A stretch of DNA of 64,000 nucleotides from Bilabrum cf. latius (lineage: Eukaryota), in assembly GCA_965178125.1 (NCBI GenBank), contig OZ237756.1:620001-684000 (forward strand), written 5' to 3'. The notes beneath the pieces are model-generated. The model did no database searches. It was not told where the DNA came from and saw nothing but the letters and a program-made list of their open reading frames with translations. Of the stretch, positions 63,796 to 64,000 are shown in pieces (the stretch's first letter is position 1; each line of letters starts with the position of its first letter). Both the position numbers and the translations under genes were made by a program.

Positions 63796-64000
63796 TTATA
63801 TATAATTACTAGATATTTTTTTTATTTTTTTTAAACTTCATTTTAACTCTTTGTAATTCTCGTGCTATTTCTAATTCCATCAATCCCCTTATTATTCTGC
63901 CATCGTGATAATCCTAAGATGAACAATGAATCAAATCATTCTAAACTGCCGGTAAAGGTATTCTATACATCAATTCATATTTAATAATCTCAAGCGTTAT

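Larger units (their letters stand above)
39482..64000. mobile_element. Endogenous virophage element 3 (continues beyond window)
   Basis: ATPase-protease-penton-MCP cluster in mavirus-like order, rve integrase, pPolB, PrimPol-SF2 helicase; begins CCCCCCCGCTACG. Confidence 0.9.

Noticed and set aside
26387-64000. Viral genes as decayed pseudogenes or RIP/deamination damage
   Set aside because: Only TAG interrupts the frames; no TAA/TGA or frameshifts seen; host genes show the same pattern; one TAG site is shared between diverged paralogs
1-64000. Suppressor tRNA-Gln(CUA) or other RNA genes
   Set aside because: No tRNA or rRNA recognisable by eye; needs tRNAscan-SE

Overview
Eukaryotic (protist) genomic window. 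A GC-rich host segment (~5069-26386) lies between AT-rich endogenous virophages (mavirus-like proviruses): the right end of element 1 (1-~5068), element 2 (~26387-39481) and element 3 (~39482->64000), which appears nested inside a gene of element 2. Central observation: host and viral genes use a non-standard code in which TAG is a sense codon (almost certainly Gln) while TAA and TGA remain stops. Reading TAG as Gln joins the fragmented ORF track into intact full-length genes: host Ubc6/UBE2J1, OGFOD1 and a TPM-RING protein; viral MCP, penton, protease, ATPase, integrase, pPolB and helicases. The host segment also has a thymidine kinase, a kinase-ARM gene, a virus-interrupted PhyH-like gene and several tandem repeats. 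Element 3 shows further oddities: a separately encoded terminal-protein-like gene beside a pPolB with a degenerate protease-like domain, a PrimPol-SF2 helicase with dispersed palindromic repeats, an intron-containing gene, and a modular cargo region with a 2OG-Fe(II) oxygenase. All calls are from manual translation and motif recognition; no searches were run and the host is not identified. CDS coordinates assume TAG=Gln.
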